A stretch of 64,000 nucleotides of DNA, taken from contig OZ316892.1 of the NCBI GenBank assembly GCA_973895155.1, positions 25,133,233 to 25,197,232 of the forward strand, written 5' to 3'. The notes under the pieces are model-generated. The model was not told where the DNA came from. It saw only the letters and a program-made list of their open reading frames with translations, and did not search any database. The DNA is from Marsupella aquatica (Eukaryota; Plantae; Marchantiophyta). Positions 39,523 through 52,248 of the stretch are shown here, one piece after another. How positions within the stretch are numbered: the stretch's first letter is position 1; each line of letters opens with the position of its first letter. The translations under genes and the position numbers were made by a program.

Positions 39523-39640
39523 GTGGGCCCCGATTTTGTGGGCCCCAGTACTGTTCTGCCAATTCTCACGTCTATGCGTCGATAAAGGATTATCTGGTTG
39601 TCACCGATTACATCCTTTTGGGTCAGTTTGGTTTGGGCCC
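39523..39640. promoter_or_regulatory. Clustered TCP / site II elements in the putative DP promoter
   Basis: GTGGGCCCC at 39523 and 39538, TGGGCCC at 39634, and a near-E2F core GTTGGCGC at about 39440. These lie about 1.2-1.4 kb upstream of the DP ATG. Confidence 0.45.
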
Positions 39641-40830
39641 TGGTGTGTAAGAAATTTGATTTTTGGAAAAAAGTGCTTTCAGGCTAAGATATATCCCCCC
39701 AAATGTTACTTACCAGTGAAACCTAATGCAATTCGTAAATTACGTAAACTAGGTTGAGGTGGCCTAGAAATGGGTATGCACTATTTTGTTCAAAATTGCG
39801 AGGCCAGACATCTATGTTTTTGGAAATCTTACCATGGAGCTTGGTAGTTTGAAGAATGGAATATGGAAGGGCGGCTTTAAATGCAGGAGATTACACAAAT
39901 TGAAATTCATTTACACTGCCTCCCAGCCAAAAAGGTGTGTCTCCGAGCCAAAAAGTTGGTGAGTGTACTTACTCACTCCAGAAGTCCATTCACAAACCAT
40001 TTAAAATAAAATAAAAGCAGACACAACTCAGAGTCTTTGAGCTTTAAGAAACAAAGACAGTTTGAGGCTAATTAATGCATGTAGCACATGTTTAGCCACA
40101 GGTTGAGGCTAATTGTAGCAAATGTTTGGAGTTTACCCATATTTTGAGGCTAGTTAGTGCATTTACTCCAGTTCACCCTCAGTTAAGGTAGAGTGGTCTT
40201 CAATTTAGTTTCTGGTTCACTCATACCTTGACACATGAGCAAAATTCTCAAGGATCCTAGCTCATTAGAAACACCAGAACCATATAAATATACGGGTTGC
40301 TAGGCTAATATGTTTGCTAACGAACTAGCTAAATGTTTAGGATGTTGTCAGTACACATGACAAAGAAAGATTTTTATAGGTGAGTCACTAGTCTTCCATA
40401 TAAGGTCTCCCAGCATAAGCAGGTCGACTATATATCCCATAAAGGGATACCTCCAGTCCTTAACTGTATACATTGAGGCTAATAATGCACAATCATGGCA
40501 TGTGCTTAACCAAGATCCTGTCTTGCTGCACTACAAGAGGATAAATCGAGCTTATGGAGGCAATAGCTCTTGGCCATAAGCTTGTGCGCACTATTTCCTG
40601 TAAATGGAGCTCATGGGCTTACAAGGCTTCCCAGTTTTGGTTCCCAGCCTTTCCATGGCATGGCAAATGTCAAATTTTGTAAGACAGCCACGGAAAAAAA
40701 CCATGGGACTATTTTCATAGTTCTTGGTTGCAAACTTTTTGTCATTTTGGCTAGGTTGTTGTTTGCAAAAATGCTATCATTTACTATTGTTTTGAAATTG
40801 TTGCTGTTAGGGAAGGCAAAGACTAGAGAA

Positions 40831-41102
40831 CTCGGGAGTTTCACTTCCACAAAAATGACAAATCAAGTGCGACAAAAAAATAGGGTCCTTTTATTGGTTC
40901 TAAGAGAATACTTAAGAATATTCTTTGAAGAACAATAGGGTATTTAATTTTTTTACTAGTACTTAACAACATTATGGTATTTATATCAGATGTTTATAAT
41001 ATTCCAACTTTATAAATATACATTTTTCCTTACAGTTTAGGGGCTCCTAGGCCTAAAAACGGCACAAGTGATAGGGAGTCCTCCAATAGTGAGACCCTTG
41101 AG
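40831..41102. mobile_element. MITE with 8-bp TSD (hAT-like), copy 2
   Basis: TIRs ctcgggagtttcact / agtgagacccttgag. TSD CTAGAGAA at 40823-40830 and 41103-41110. Homologous to 21410-21703. Confidence 0.85.
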
Positions 41103-41957
41103 CTAGAGAATGGGGAGCAAGATGGGTGACAACAGCCACCACATCATGGAAGCCAAACATGGTAAGTCGTGCAATAAGAGCAATAGTAATCTGCCTTCTG
41201 TATTGTTTTCTTTTCAATTTTATGATGAATAAATAAAAATTTAGCGTTTATACATATTCAAAGTTTTCCTATTTTTTCAGTTTTGTTTTCCAAATGTTTT
41301 AATTTTGTTTTTAGTTTAGCTTATTTGAATTTTATTTTTCATTTGGGAAGGTGTAAGCAGGCATTGGGCAGTGTTCACCTTTATTTAATTTCAACAACAA
41401 GGGGTGGGACTCACATTTTTATCACTTAGGACTGAGATCAACTACAGACACTTGGAATTTTTTTCCTTCTGGTTGAATGTGGTTACATGTGACCTGGTGT
41501 ATGGCCATCCATGTCATTTAGTCCCTCAATACTTTTGAGCTTGCTAAACTTTTCATTGGAAAAGGAATCTTGTAACCATTTGTAACAAGATTAAAATGGT
41601 ATACAGCTTGTTAAAAGTTTACAAGGATTAAAGAAAATGGTTGAGCAGGGAGGTACTAGATTTTGTTTGATTGATACTGCAATGTTCTTTCTAACTGTTA
41701 CTGCTATTGAATAATAGGCAGAATCTTTGCCAGCAGGTTATAAACTTCTAAATACTACTATATGAATGTCCCTTGGATCTACCTGATTGTTGATTTAGTG
41801 CTATTGAATGTATAATTATGTAATACATGGGAGGCCATTGACCGCTACCCGTGGCCATTGCCCCACAATGATATAATTCATATTGAGTACAAGGGAACTA
41901 GGCGTATAATAGATGTTGGGTTACTGGTACAGTAGCAGAGAGGGACCATGTAGGTGT

Positions 41958-42045
41958 GACCATCAAGTCTAGTAAGCTGCTACTTTCATTGATACAAACC
42001 CGACCATCAAGTCTAGTAAGCTGCTACTTTCATTGATACAAACCC
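41958..42045. repeat. Tandem duplication (about 44 bp x2)
   Basis: gaccatcaagtctagtaagctgctactttcattgatacaaaccc occurs twice. Confidence 0.88.
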
Positions 42046-42287
42046 CACCCAAAAGTGGGGTTCATTTGCTACTTATGATACTTTTTGTAAAAAATTACAA
42101 TTGCTCACTTTTTGACTGTGTCAAGTGGACAAAGAGGGTTGCTCGCAGTGAGTAGGCAAAGCTCATTAATTAGCCTCAATATTATACTTTGCCCTGAATA
42201 ATTGTTGTGGATCATGGAGGGCTGAAACTGAAATTAAAGCACGGTACTTGAATCATGTGTTATCTTTGCCTGCTCTTAACCTCTTTA

Positions 42288-43529
42288 CAGTATTTAGTGG
42301 CACAAAATAATTAGCGTCATTTACAAATAGTGTCACACACACTAATTAGGGTAGTTCTTGATTTTCAGCCAAGTGACACTATATACGGCCACCCTTAATT
42401 TTGAAAAATAAATTAATATATTGAAAAATATTGATAATTAGAGGTGACACTCTTATTACCCTAAACTGCTCTCACTCCAAAGTTATCCAAACTACCAACA
42501 ACATCTCTTTGTGTGTATGTTCTTAGAAAGTTTCTTTGTGTTTTATCTTGTTAGTCTTTGTGAAAGGAGGTTGATAGATTTATAACATGGTGGGAATGGA
42601 TTGGCCGTCATAGTTGGATTTGCTAGCACAAGGGAAAGAGAATCAAGACTATATCAAAATGTCACTGGTAATTAGTTTGCAACTCGTTTGGGTTATCCTC
42701 GCTGCACATCTGGGAAATTAATAAATCCAGATAAACATGAAGGCAAACATTGATTTTTGACATTGGCAAGGGACTTTGTAGCTGAGGTGAACAGTTCTGT
42801 TGACAGACATGACATGTCTTATGCACAAAATTCAATGGTAAACACCAGTTTGTCTCTAAATGTCAATGGTTTGTAGTCTGAAAATCAACTTACACCTGAG
42901 CTTCAGAATATCATAACGAAATATCGAGTGAAGTTTTAAAGGAGTCGAGTTGGCCTTAACATTGATGCTACTGTTGAAGTGGCTCCTGATATTGGTGAAC
43001 CAGGTGAAGAGCCAGCTCAACCCTCTTCTCTTGGGGCTGTACAATGTCTTGCAAGGATGAGACACATGGGACAGATTGTAGGAGAGTGAAAAAAATGCCA
43101 GTTTGTAACTTATGTGAGATAACATCTGCTATTCATAGTTGATTAAAGTGAATCAAAGAGATCTTGTTTGCTCAATGTGTTTCAAGAGTACCCCAAACTG
43201 CAAATGTGATGAGGAGTTATAAATTTCTGAAGTTTGCTCAATATTTGAGTAGTATATGAAAGGAGTTATAAGTTTCTGAAGTTTTCTCAATGCTTGAATG
43301 AGTAGTAAGTTTTGTAAATTGTAATCAAATATTGTGCACATTTTTAGCTTTTTTTATAAACAAATTTTAACTATTGTCCATTCTTTGTTTTTAACTTTAA
43401 GTATGTGTGACACTATTTGACTTGTGACCACAATTAGTGTCATACTATATTAGTGTCACACACCCTAATTACCGTCACTTACCTCAAATATAATCTCACA
43501 GTAATTAGAGTGTGTGAGACTAAATACTG
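42288..43529. mobile_element. Non-autonomous Tc1/mariner (pogo-like) DNA transposon, about 1.24 kb
   Basis: TIRs CAGTATTTAGT..CACA / TGTG..ACTAAATACTG flanked by TA (42286-87, 43530-31). Subterminal agtgtcaca/ctaattag motifs repeat at both ends. No intact transposase ORF. Confidence 0.75.
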
Positions 43530-44408
43530 TAAAGAATGTAGCTCTCAGTTGTATGGAACTTTGCCCTTTGTGATTCATAATGTAAACGAGAATGTGATGA
43601 ACTACTCTCACTATGGGGAGTCAAATACCATGACAAGTACCCGGAAAACATAACAGCAAATCACCAAATGATGCTTCTAATGAATAAATTTAGTGTTGTA
43701 CTCTGAGTTACAACTGAGTTACCTTATTCAGTTGAAATTATACTGTCAGTTGAGACCAAATGGAAAACAAAGTGCCCACAAAGGCAATTATATCACAACT
43801 TCAATTTACTTTACTATTCACCAGATCTCATTTGAAATGGAAGGGACATGGAGTTTCAAGGTACCCTGGTTCACCAATACAAGGGCGCCTCATTTTGTGG
43901 AATAAAGTGTGGGGCATTTGCTTCCATAGGAGCCCCCATAGGAAGAATGCTACTCTGAGTGGACAAAAGTTACTTATAGGGTAATGATGGATTGGTCTGG
44001 GTTACCATGTGACAGGAAATGCTGACCAATGGTAGCCGGGAAGTTTTTCTGAGCTGTATGGGAACAGGTTTCAGCCAGTAACCCAGCCCAAACAGTCATT
44101 ATCATAAGTAATATCTCCCAGGAAAAAAAATCACCAGGCAAGATTTTTTGGGCACAGAGTTATGAAAACGGTGGCACCTAATAAAAAAGAAAAGGTTACA
44201 CACTGGTAAAAGGTTACACAAGGGTAACCTTTAGTCCTGACAATAATTACAAATAGAAAATCATCAATGGCATTTCTTTAAAGTTTACAAAGCACTCTTT
44301 TAAACGCAAAACAAGAACGACTCCCGCGCATGGATCCACCAATTGTTCAACGTGTCTGGATGAACTTAAACGGCGGAGTGTCGTCGTCACAGCAGCGGGG
44401 AAACGAAT

Positions 44409-47400
44409 TCAAACGAGCAAGTTGGGCGGATTGCTGTCATCGTCGGACGAAGAGCTCCTCCCACTGCCGCTGTCTCGAGTCACTGGATATGAGCTCTCGC
44501 CACGATCAGGAGAGGCTCCCCCGCTGCTGCTGCTGCTGCTGAGCTGCTGAACGAGATGAAGCCACTCGAGGACTGTTTTCATGGTGGGACGCTCTTGAGG
44601 GGCGTCGTGCGTGCACATCAACGCGACTTGCAGGAAGAGCTTCATGGATTGAGCTTTGGCTGTTGAAGGTGAAGAAGAACTTGTTGGGTGCGTGGGATTT
44701 AATGATGGTGCAGCCGGGAGCGTGAGTGCTAGAGCTTGGTATTTCTCTGCTGGTGATTCATTTGATGATGACTTTGATGGTGAGGAATGGAGCTCTGCCA
44801 GAAGGATGTCGTCGAGGAGGGCCTCCCAGCGGTCCGGGTAGTTGGCTCTGGCGAAGGTGACGATCGTGTTTGGCGTGTAAGGATCGTCGTCGTCACCGAG
44901 TCGAAATGAGGTTTTGGAGCTCCCGATGGGCCTCTTCCTCATGGTGAGCTCCAAGAGAACTACACCGTAACTGTAAACGTCGCCCTTTGTTGACACATTT
45001 GTAGATGATCCATACTCTGCTTGAAATGCGAACGCCGAGACATTCCGGAGGTTAGTGACGGGAAGATGTGCTTAGTCTTCTCACAAGTCTAGCTTATGAC
45101 ATGTATCAATTCCAGCATGGACTGTCAATCGAAATCAATTAATTCAAACAGTTGCTATTCCTCAGCTCTTCGGCCGCTGATCAAATGGACCTCTCACTAC
45201 ATGATATGCGACTTCATCCTATCTAGAAGTTTTGCCATCAATAGCAACTATAATTACTCATAAATGTCTCCATCCTAGACGGCACCGTATATTGTCGCTC
45301 GATATCGTCTTCAAGCCAAGTGTCAAAGAGTAAAATTCACAATCGTTGGTGTTTGCACACTGGAGCAGTAAGTAAGTTGTGCAAACTTCACCACCAAGCA
45401 ATTGCAATCTCTTACAAGCGCATGTAATTGAAATTCTGAATGGATCGAGGCATCGAATTGCAAGATGCCACTTCAGTATTCGGGAGAAAAAGAAACAAAA
45501 ACTCACCTGGAGGTATGTAACCAGTCGTTCCATACAGGTTGGCGGTAAAGGCCCCGCTAGCAGTACTGCCTGGCATGAAGATTGCCGATATTCCAAAGTC
45601 AGCAACTTTGGCATTCCAGTCTTGATCCAGAAGAATGTTGCTCGGCTTTAGATCACGGTGAATGACTTGTTCGTGGGATTCGTGGTGGAGGTAAATCAAC
45701 CCTTTCGCCACTCCGAGTCCTATATTTAGCCGCTGATCCCAACCAAGTAAGCAAACAGCGTCTCCTTCAGTGTGCAATTGCTTGTCCAAACTCCCGTAGG
45801 CTAAGAACTCCAATACAAGCGCATTCACATCCCCTTCCACGCACACGCCGAGAATGTTCACAAGATTGCGATGCTTGATCCTTTTTAGAATGTTCAGCTC
45901 TTGCTCGAGCTGGTGCACACGATCATCTTGGTCAGCGCTCAGCAGTTTCACGGCAACTACTAAGCCGTCGGACATGACTCCTCTGTAGACGGTGCTCTTA
46001 CAGCCACTCCCAACGATAGAACTCCTATCGAAGTTATTCGTTGCGTTTCGTAGCTCTGCAATTGAGAAGTTTCTGCGTAGGGCTGGAGACCATCCTTTAT
46101 CCCAAATTCGGGTGGCCTTTGTCGATGCACTCCTCTTCAGAAAAAATGCAATCCATCCTACAAGAAGTAACAAGAAAACGCCTCCAGCAACGACACAAAT
46201 TATTATGATACTGCGTCGACAACTGAGACCTTCACAAGATTTTTTTCCTGAGGTAGGCGTACCAAGAGTAGTGCACGCTGTCTCGACTATGGTACCGCAT
46301 AGACCATTGTTTCCTAGAAACGAGGCGGCGGTGAAATTCCTGAAAACTCCCGAGTCGGGTACTGCTCCCTCGAGTCTGTTATTGGAAACATTGAGAAACG
46401 TCAAGGATGATAAATTTCCCAGAGTTTCGGGGATTTTCCCGCTCAGGTTGTTGTTTGAAAGATCCAGACTACGGAGGGCAAGGCAGGACGCCAGAGACCC
46501 CGGGATGATTCCAGAGAGATCGTTGTAGGAAAAATTTATCACCTGGATAGAGTACAAAAGACGAAGCTCTGGCGGGATGCTCCCGGACAAGAAGTTTTGT
46601 GATAGATCCACACCGAATTGCAGATTGATAGAGGAAAGTTCCCATGGAATGCTTCCCATCAGCTGATTGTTGGCAAGACTCAGGTCTTCCAAGCTTGAAC
46701 AGTTTCCAATGTCCGGTGGGATGCTCCCACTTAGCTTGTTGTTTCCTAGATACAACGAGGCCAGAAACTGCAATTGCCCGATCTGCTGTGGAATCGGACC
46801 TGCCAGTAGATTCCCGTCCAGCGCAAGTAGAGTTAGAGAGGATGCATTGAAGAGCTCAACGGGGATTTTGCCTGCCAGGAAGTTGCCGGTCAAGGTCAGT
46901 TTTTGTAGAGACGGGAGCCTGCCCAATGACACAGGGATAGGACCTGCTAGACCAACTTGAGCCACTTCATACTTGAAAAGAGACGTGCAATTAGAAAGCG
47001 TCGGAAGTGGGCCGCTGAATTTGTTGTTAGATAGCGCCAGTTCCCCAAGGTTTCCAAGGACTCCAAGCTCTTGGGGGATACGTCCTGTCAGCTTGTTCTC
47101 CACGAGATCCACAACCGTCAACTGAGAACAATTGGCCAAGGTGGCTGGAATTGTTCCCATGAGATTGTTATATCCAAGGCGCAACCGTAGCAGACTAGAT
47201 AGAATTCCTAGCTCAGCAGGGATTGCTCCTGTAAATTGATTCAAGTTGAGAGCCAGGCTGTAGATCAAAGAGCAATTCGATAAAGAGGGTGGAAGCGAAC
47301 CGCTGAAGCTGTTGTTCCACAAAGAGAGGTACTGCAGCTGTGAAAAGCTCCCAACAAAAGACGGAACTTGTCCGCGAAATTGATTAGAGTAGATCACGAG

Positions 47401-49194
47401 CTCCTGCAGTTGTGTACAGTTAGATAAAGACCGCGGAATCTCTCCACTAAAATTGTTCGCCCACAACCAAAGGTGACCCAATGAAGAAAGCGTACCAATC
47501 TGAGGTGGAATCTCTCCTGTTAGAAAATTTACGGGCAAACTGAGAAGATAAATCCCAGAGCAGTTTAGTATAGACTCCGGAATAACACCAGTCAGCGAAT
47601 TTTGATTCACGTCGATGTATTGAAGGTTCCGTAATAGCCCGATTTGAGTTGGAATCTCTCCGCTCAGCTGATTGTTGGATATCCAAAGTCCGACCAATTG
47701 AGAATTATTTACGAGCCCGACCGGAATGGATCCCGTCAGGTTGTTGTACTCTAGCGAAATCGTCTCTACTGGCAAGTACCCTAACCAGGAGGGGACCTCC
47801 CCACTTAGAGAGTTCTGTGCTAAGCTGAATGTCCGCAATGACGAGCAGTTCCCAAACCAAGCAGGGATCTCGCCAGACAAGCGATTCATAGACATACCGA
47901 CCTTCTGTAGCGCTCCGCAGGGTCCTGGTGGAGCAGGGACACCACCACTGAGCTTGTTGTTCGTCAGACGCAACGTTTCTAAATTGCTCAGCAACATGAC
48001 TGCCGGAGGAATCAGTCCAATCAAATCGTTATTGGCCAGATTCAGGTTTCGCAGGAGAGAGCAGTTACCTAGAGACGCAGGAATCTCTCCAGTGATATTG
48101 TTAGAACTTAGGACCAGGCTTTGCAGACGCTGCAACTGACCAATCTCGACTGGAATCGACCCTGCAATAAAATTTTCTCCATAGTCTAGCTCCCGTAGCT
48201 GCGAACAGTTGGTGAGAGATACCGGAATTTCTCCCGTCAGCGAATTGCTAAATAGGAATAGAGTAGTCAGAGCTTGTAGTTTTCCAAACTCAGGAGGGAT
48301 TTCACCGCTCAACTGATTCACGGACAAATCTATCTTTGACAAATTTGTGGCGACAATCATGGACGAAGTCATAAGGCCAGACAACATGTTTCTGGACAAA
48401 TTCAAGCTTACTAGACTAGCAGGCAGCAAGGAGTCGTCAATCGTGATATCTCCTGTCAGCTGATTCGACGACAAGTCGAGGGAATGCAAGGACGAACAGT
48501 TCATCAGAAACGGTCCAAGCGATCCTGACAAATTGTTTTGTCGTAAATTGAGTCTCTCGAGAGACTGTAGCAGGCCCAACTCTCGCGGGACACCTCCCGT
48601 GAAAAAGTTCTGTGAGAAGTCGAGCACTCGCAGCTTCAAGCAGTTGCCTAAGAAGGCCGGAATGCTGGAACTGAATCCGTTGGCTTGTACAGAGAGGATG
48701 GTCAGATTCTTCAGATTTCCATATGCAGCCGGGACAGCCCCAATGAACTGGTTGTTGTCGAGGTGGAGTTCTTGAAGGGACGAACAATTCGCAAGCTCAG
48801 GTGGAAGGTGTCCGGATAGACGATTTTGGGCGAGATCAATGACCAGCAGATTCGAAAGGCCACCAAGAGCTGGAGAGACGAGACCTTCGAGATTTTTGTG
48901 GCTGAGGTTCAGAGATATGACTCGGCCATTCGAATTACATTTTATCCCCATCCATGTACAGACTCCTGCATTAAGACTTGTGTTCCAGCCCTGAAGCACT
49001 CCAGAGGGATCCTTGATCTCGGCCTTGAACTGGAGTAGCGCCTCAACCTCGGACTGCGCTGCTGCCACTAAAACCCGTTCTAGTCGAGAACCAGTGCTTG
49101 CGGGCGAGAATCTTTCACCACTTGCTGCATCAATTAGGCAGCCCGTAGCTACAAGGAAGAGAACTCGAATCACGGTTCTCACTGAAATTCGCAT
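44409..49194 (-). CDS. LRR receptor-like Ser/Thr kinase, FLS2/EFR (subfamily XII)-like architecture, about 1431 aa. Exons 49194-45507 and 45016-44409
   Basis: Signal peptide (MRISVRTVIRVLFLVATGC), LRRNT cap (EALLQFK..DP..W...CTWMGIKC), about 35 plant-specific LRRs, GNNGLCG cap and TM helix. Kinase motifs are VAVK, HRDLKPSNILL, DFG, GYIPP|EYG and DVYSYG. A single intron in subdomain VIII (GTGAGT...GCAG) is typical of this group. Confidence 0.95.
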
Positions 49195-52100
49195 TGTCTC
49201 TGTTAATGTTCGTGTCAACGATTGGAGTAAACTTAATTGGGTTTTCGCAGGCCGAGACTGAGACCCCAACAGCGTTCAGCGACCCTCCCGATGATTTGCA
49301 ACTGCCCTCCGTGTAGAAAGACACCAAAACAGACTTAAAACATCCTCCAAAAAACCTCAGATTCCCTCTCCCAAAGCTCAAAAACTCCTTGAAAATTCTC
49401 TGCAGAATCCCAGATATCCCTCCTCTCGCAGATCGCCGTAAACAATCCAAGATTGTTCTATTTGAATCCTCAAGAAAATCACCAATCTTTATTTGACTGC
49501 CTTCGCTCACACTGTTCTAGCGTTCCTAAGTACGTTCTCTTGATTCGCAAAACTGACTCCTCTAGTGATACAATTTGAGACCCAAAGAGTTTGCGGTAAA
49601 GAGCGTACTTTCTCCCATGTATCTGCCACTATCTTTATACCTTTGCATCCCATGCAGGGAGAGATTCTCTGGCTGGCCAGAAGAACTTCTATCGCTAAAC
49701 GAGAGTACTGTAGAAGCGCAGAAGGTCCTCTTGAGATTTATACATGGTACCGAGGAACAGGAACAGGTGACTAAAACTACTCCTAGAAAAGAAAAACGCA
49801 GGACAGACAGTCCATCCACATCTTGATTAGTTGAAAGGTGTACCCTCCCTCAATCTTGCGATCGCTGTAGCCGTGTAGCGTGCTCACAGCCGTGCCATCC
49901 GTGATGTTTCTGACCATTGGGGGAATTTTTCAAGTAAAAGATCGAAACTCTACACCTATACCCAAAAATCTTTTGGACAGTCTGAAATGATGATTCATTC
50001 GGGGAACGTCAACTACGTCTACAGTAGGATCGGAGCCCGTTGTCTACTCAGTTATACATTTTCTGTGAACCAAAGTGCCAGATCGTCTGTCCCAGATCGT
50101 TACAGACCATTCATTTGGGAGAGATTGTCTGTTGACCAAAGTGCAAAAAGCGTAGGGAATTGGAACGCACACGAAGCTTCTACCTCTGGAATTCGAATGT
50201 TTTCGAGACCGAAGGCCCACCACTTAAAGCATCAACAGGACCGCTTCAAAACAATGCGAAAAGTGTAAGGCCAAACGTGAGCCTATCTTTAGCCAAAAAA
50301 ATTGTTAGAGTAGGGCTGTGGGGAGTTAAAAGCAAACTCTGTTCCGCAAGGATGCTCCAAATGTGATTCTGACAGTCCACCTCGTGTCTCAGGGATCGTG
50401 TCTCCAGGTTGTTTTAGGCAGTGATATAATTAGCGCTCCCAGAGCCATTTTGTAACAGCAGATTGAAGGCCCAAGTTTCGCCACCCACATGCATGCTGTA
50501 AGTAAGAAGACAATGCAGCACAGTGTCTGTAGTATACTTTCTAAGGCATAGTGGTCTCCGGTCCCTTACACTGTTACAGCCTTACACATGGACCAATCAC
50601 TTTTTCCGCTTTCCTCGGAAGGGACTTGCTTGACCAGGAACACAGAAGACCTCTCGTGGGGTGACTAGTAGTCGGGTAGACTCTGTTGTGCCCGCCGTAC
50701 CGATCGGCCTACGATGCCGGTTGACTAGTAGTTGGGTTAGTGGCTCTTGTGACCCTCCGTACGGCTCGGTCTAGGATCATAGCTTCCACTAATAAAGGGG
50801 TCCTGCCTTTGTGCGTTTGCCTAGGTATCAGTAGACCTACTTGTAAGCTATCCAATCAAAGGGTCCTGTCACTATCCATTTGCCTAGGTGAACAATATAA
50901 TTCCGTTGCACGCTTTTCCCATCAGAGGATTCTCATACCTATTTTTGGTGACTTAGAAAAAGTATGAGCTATTTCAGAATCTGAAGTTGGCCATGACCAT
51001 GGCAAATGCGTTGACACTATGTGCGAGCGTGTTGTGAACGAAAATAAGCTTTCAACTAAAATCAAATGCTTTGTTCGAAAACCAACACTGCGTCATTTCT
51101 CAAACATGTCATCCTAATTCAAACACGACAGACTAGGACGCCATATCATTTGAAAATCAAACGTCCTTGAACGCATGCACGATCTTCATCGTAACAGCCT
51201 ATCACAATAATAGTATATACATTCCATCCAACGAAACCACATATCTGGGACGATGCGGGCTTATTCTGTCCAACCTTTCCATCTGAATAAAATAGGGTCC
51301 ACAAGAATGTACAAGGATCCTGCCAAATGAGGCTGACGTATATCTTCCATGAATGTCAACTATTCCAAAACCAGCAACAGACTTTGATCACGTCCCAAAA
51401 GGACAACGCAGAGATCCGATGCACTCACATGACAAAGAATGAAAACCATCTTTTTGGAACTTCCAAAAACATTATACACCAGATGGTTTTGCCCGACGAA
51501 CTTATCTTCCAGTCTGAGTGACGGGAAGCATAACACCCATCTTGCAATCTTCTACAAGTGCATGTTCTAGCCAAATCTGACAAGATAATAACTGGACAAA
51601 GGCTGCAAAACCCTCAAGGCTAAATACTATTGAGAGTATGATCAAGCAGATTAGAGGGACATTATCCAGGTACTAGATTGAACCGCTCACTCTATTCTCG
51701 AACCCAAACAGGTCAGATTTTCTATCAGATCAGGATAACTATCCAGCTTCAGGCTTGCAGGAAAATCCCAGCCCATCAAAACTAAGTCACATTTCGTCCT
51801 CCTATGAGGGCCGACCACTGTATATGTGTTTGTGTTTGTGTGTGTGTGCGTAGGTGGGTGTGCGTGAACTAAATATCACAAGCACTGCTCAAATATTGGA
51901 AACCTAAGGATCTAACCTTTATTGTCAAATAAACAATAACAATGGCTATGACTCATTCATGATACATATCAAACAGGGCATTATACCTCTTCGTTTTAGG
52001 GCTTTCCAGAGGTAACAACTTTCCAGTCATGGAAAGGATGACTAAAAAGTGGAGTTAGGTGGTCAGAATGTCGTACAAAATGCTGGCCCGCAGTAACTTG

Positions 52101-52248
52101 AACCCAAAGATAGGAGAGTCTTTGAAACCCACCTCTCCTCAGGCATCCTCAGCGGATGGCAAAACAAGTGATTGTATGACAAGTAATTGATTGGTTTCAC
52201 CTCTCAAATTCTTACATGGGGAAACAGATGAAGGGTCGAGCCGGCACC

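Noticed and set aside
45992-49261. Multiple plus-strand ORFs over the LRR-RLK
   Set aside because: Antisense shadows of a long coding sequence.
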